DNA of 64,000 nt. It comes from Lama guanicoe (taxonomy: Eukaryota). The stretch is from NCBI GenBank assembly GCA_013239625.1, contig MU054323.1, positions 13,003,950 to 13,067,949 of the forward strand, given 5' to 3'. The translations under genes were made by a program, and so were the position numbers. This document shows, one piece after another, positions 62,101 to 64,000 of this stretch. Under the pieces are notes generated by a model. It saw only the letters and a list, made by a program, of their open reading frames with translations, made no database searches and was not told the DNA's origin. The first letter of the stretch is position 1; the number at the start of each line of letters is the position of its first letter.

Positions 62101-64000
62101 GAGAGTGGGAGACACTTTTTTCTTCTTTCTTTTTTTAACTTGGCATTACATCATAAGCATTATTCCATGACATTAAAAATGTTTTTTAAAACATTGTTTT
62201 TAATGACTTAATCACATTTCATGATTTTTATGTGTTCCTTGTTTTATGGGTAGGATATTTCTACTTTTTACCACTGTATTGATTGTAATACTGCAGTGGA
62301 CGCGTTTGAATATAAACTTTCCTAGATGAGGAATGATAAAACACAAGTGGTGTGTGTTCTTAGGGCTTAATCCTAAAATATAGTCGATTGCTTTGAAGAC
62401 AATCTGTACCCGTGGACACTCCCCTGGGCAGTGCTGGAGCTGGCTTGACTCACACTTCTCTTCCGTCTAGAACTGAGCTGACTAGAACATCCAGAGCAGC
62501 GTTAAGTTACAGTGGTGGTGATGGGCATCAGTGTTCTGTTCCCGATTCACAGGGTCATGTATCTGCTGGTTACATTAAATTGTAGTAGATCAGCATTCTG
62601 GACACATAGATGTAAGAATATATGGTAATTCCTTCCCTGCTCCCCTGAACCTGACCTCTTATGAAGAGTCATTTCTGAATCAGTAGTCGATTTGCATGTT
62701 GCTTCTTGACAGCTTTGTGACAGGTTTCACCACGTTTGGCCCCACGCCCTGGGACTTGGGCGTATGTGTTGTTGATTCCTCTGCTTTCAGATCTCATAGT
62801 AAATCATAGTAAGTTCATGATCTCAGAGAGGTCTTTCCTAATGCCCGGAATCCCCTTGGGATGGGCCCTCACCGTGTACCATTCCCTTTCCTAAATGCTT
62901 GTAACAATCATAATCACTGTTCCTGTTGGCCTGCCGGCTTGGCTGTGAGCTCCACGGGACAGAGATCGTGTTTTCTCATCTACATTTCTAGTCACAGGGC
63001 ACGTGAATGTGCCTGGTGCAAAATGGAGTGCAGAATTGTCACTCAGGATTTTGTTCAGTGGAGGACTAAGGCACAGGTCAGACTTGGCACCTGGCCCCAG
63101 GGCACCCAGCTTGGGATGAGGGGTTCAAACTCAAATCTGTGTGACCCTGGAGTCCAGCTTCAACTCACCCCAGTGCCCGCTACCATCAGTGGGAGAGCTT
63201 GGGCAGGGAGGATTTTCTATCTCCTCAAGGAAGCAAGCCATTCTAAGAATTCCTTGTTTCCTTTTTGGTCCCTTGAATATAATAATTCAAAATATTTGTC
63301 AATTGCCCACTTAGGGCCCCTCATTTCTCATTTCTTTTACATCGTTATTCCAGCACGTAACTGTGTGGTGATTTTTCTTACCCCTATGCTTGGATGTCTT
63401 CCCTACTAGGCTCTGATCTCCTTGAGAGCAGATTTGTCTTCTCCATCTTTTTATCCACAGTTCTTGGTACAGTAGCATACAAGGGGGAGGGACTCAGTGT
63501 TTGAATAATGAGTAAAGATATGATGGTATTGAAACAGAGATTAAAGAGTTATTTTGAAATACATAGTCTTTCTTCCAATAAACTATATAAAGATGTCATT
63601 TTAAATTGTACTTTTAATTATACATATCAAATTGTTCCTATACATTTTAATTGCATATGTGTGTACTAGTTTGTAAAACCCAAGATTTCTCAGAAACTTG
63701 TGTTCATCATACATATGTACTAGCATTAGTACACGAAATTAGTGTTATTAGAGAAGGTGCTTAATCAGTGACTTACTGAATAACAAAATAACCTGTCCTT
63801 ATTCGCATTAATAGTATCAATATTTAAAAACTAACAATGTCACTTTATAATTCTAATTTTGAAAGGCTATATATAATACCATACTTTACTCAATCTATTT
63901 GCTGCTTTTGCATTTTTCACTGGTATAAATAACGCAGCTTTGGACAGCTGGACATGTGATACTTTGTATTAATAGTCTTATGTTGTTTTAAAAGAGTTAA

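Larger units (their letters stand above)
28935..64000 (+). other. LTBP1: LTBP1 intron 2 (partial; continues past the window)
   Basis: It follows the exon 2 donor. I found no sequence encoding the expected next EGF-like exon (..SCVPPCQNGG..), and the region is repeat-rich. Confidence 0.85.

Noticed and set aside
62861..63409. 182-aa + ORF as a possible LTBP1 exon
   Set aside because: It is built from L2/MIR-like sequence and lacks the EGF or TB cysteine pattern.

Overview
This is mammalian (non-primate) genomic DNA. Two tRNA-Ala-derived Vic-1-like SINEs, and no Alu, B1, Bov-tA or PRE1, point to a camelid. The window holds the CpG-island promoter and first two coding exons of LTBP1 (long isoform, + strand, 27363-27829 and 28864-28934), followed by ~35 kb of repeat-rich intron 2; exon 3 was not found. 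The main unexpected signal is a chain of splice-bounded, mostly phase-compatible exon remnants on the - strand. It runs from a signal-peptide exon at 26075-26170 (MMVCSQGFGCSYSYLWLILFILLSAST) down to position 473 and probably continues off the left edge. It looks like a decayed multi-exon gene for a secreted protein, head-to-head with LTBP1. By eye, its downstream exons resemble the large lipid transfer protein family (MTP/vitellogenin/apoB); this assignment is inference and needs an HMM search. Also present are U6 and tRNA-Asp retrocopies, an old CR1/L3 LINE, L1, L2, MIR, MLT and MER repeats, a dense MER5 cluster and two local tandem duplications. Repeat boundaries and subfamily names are approximate because they were recognised by eye.
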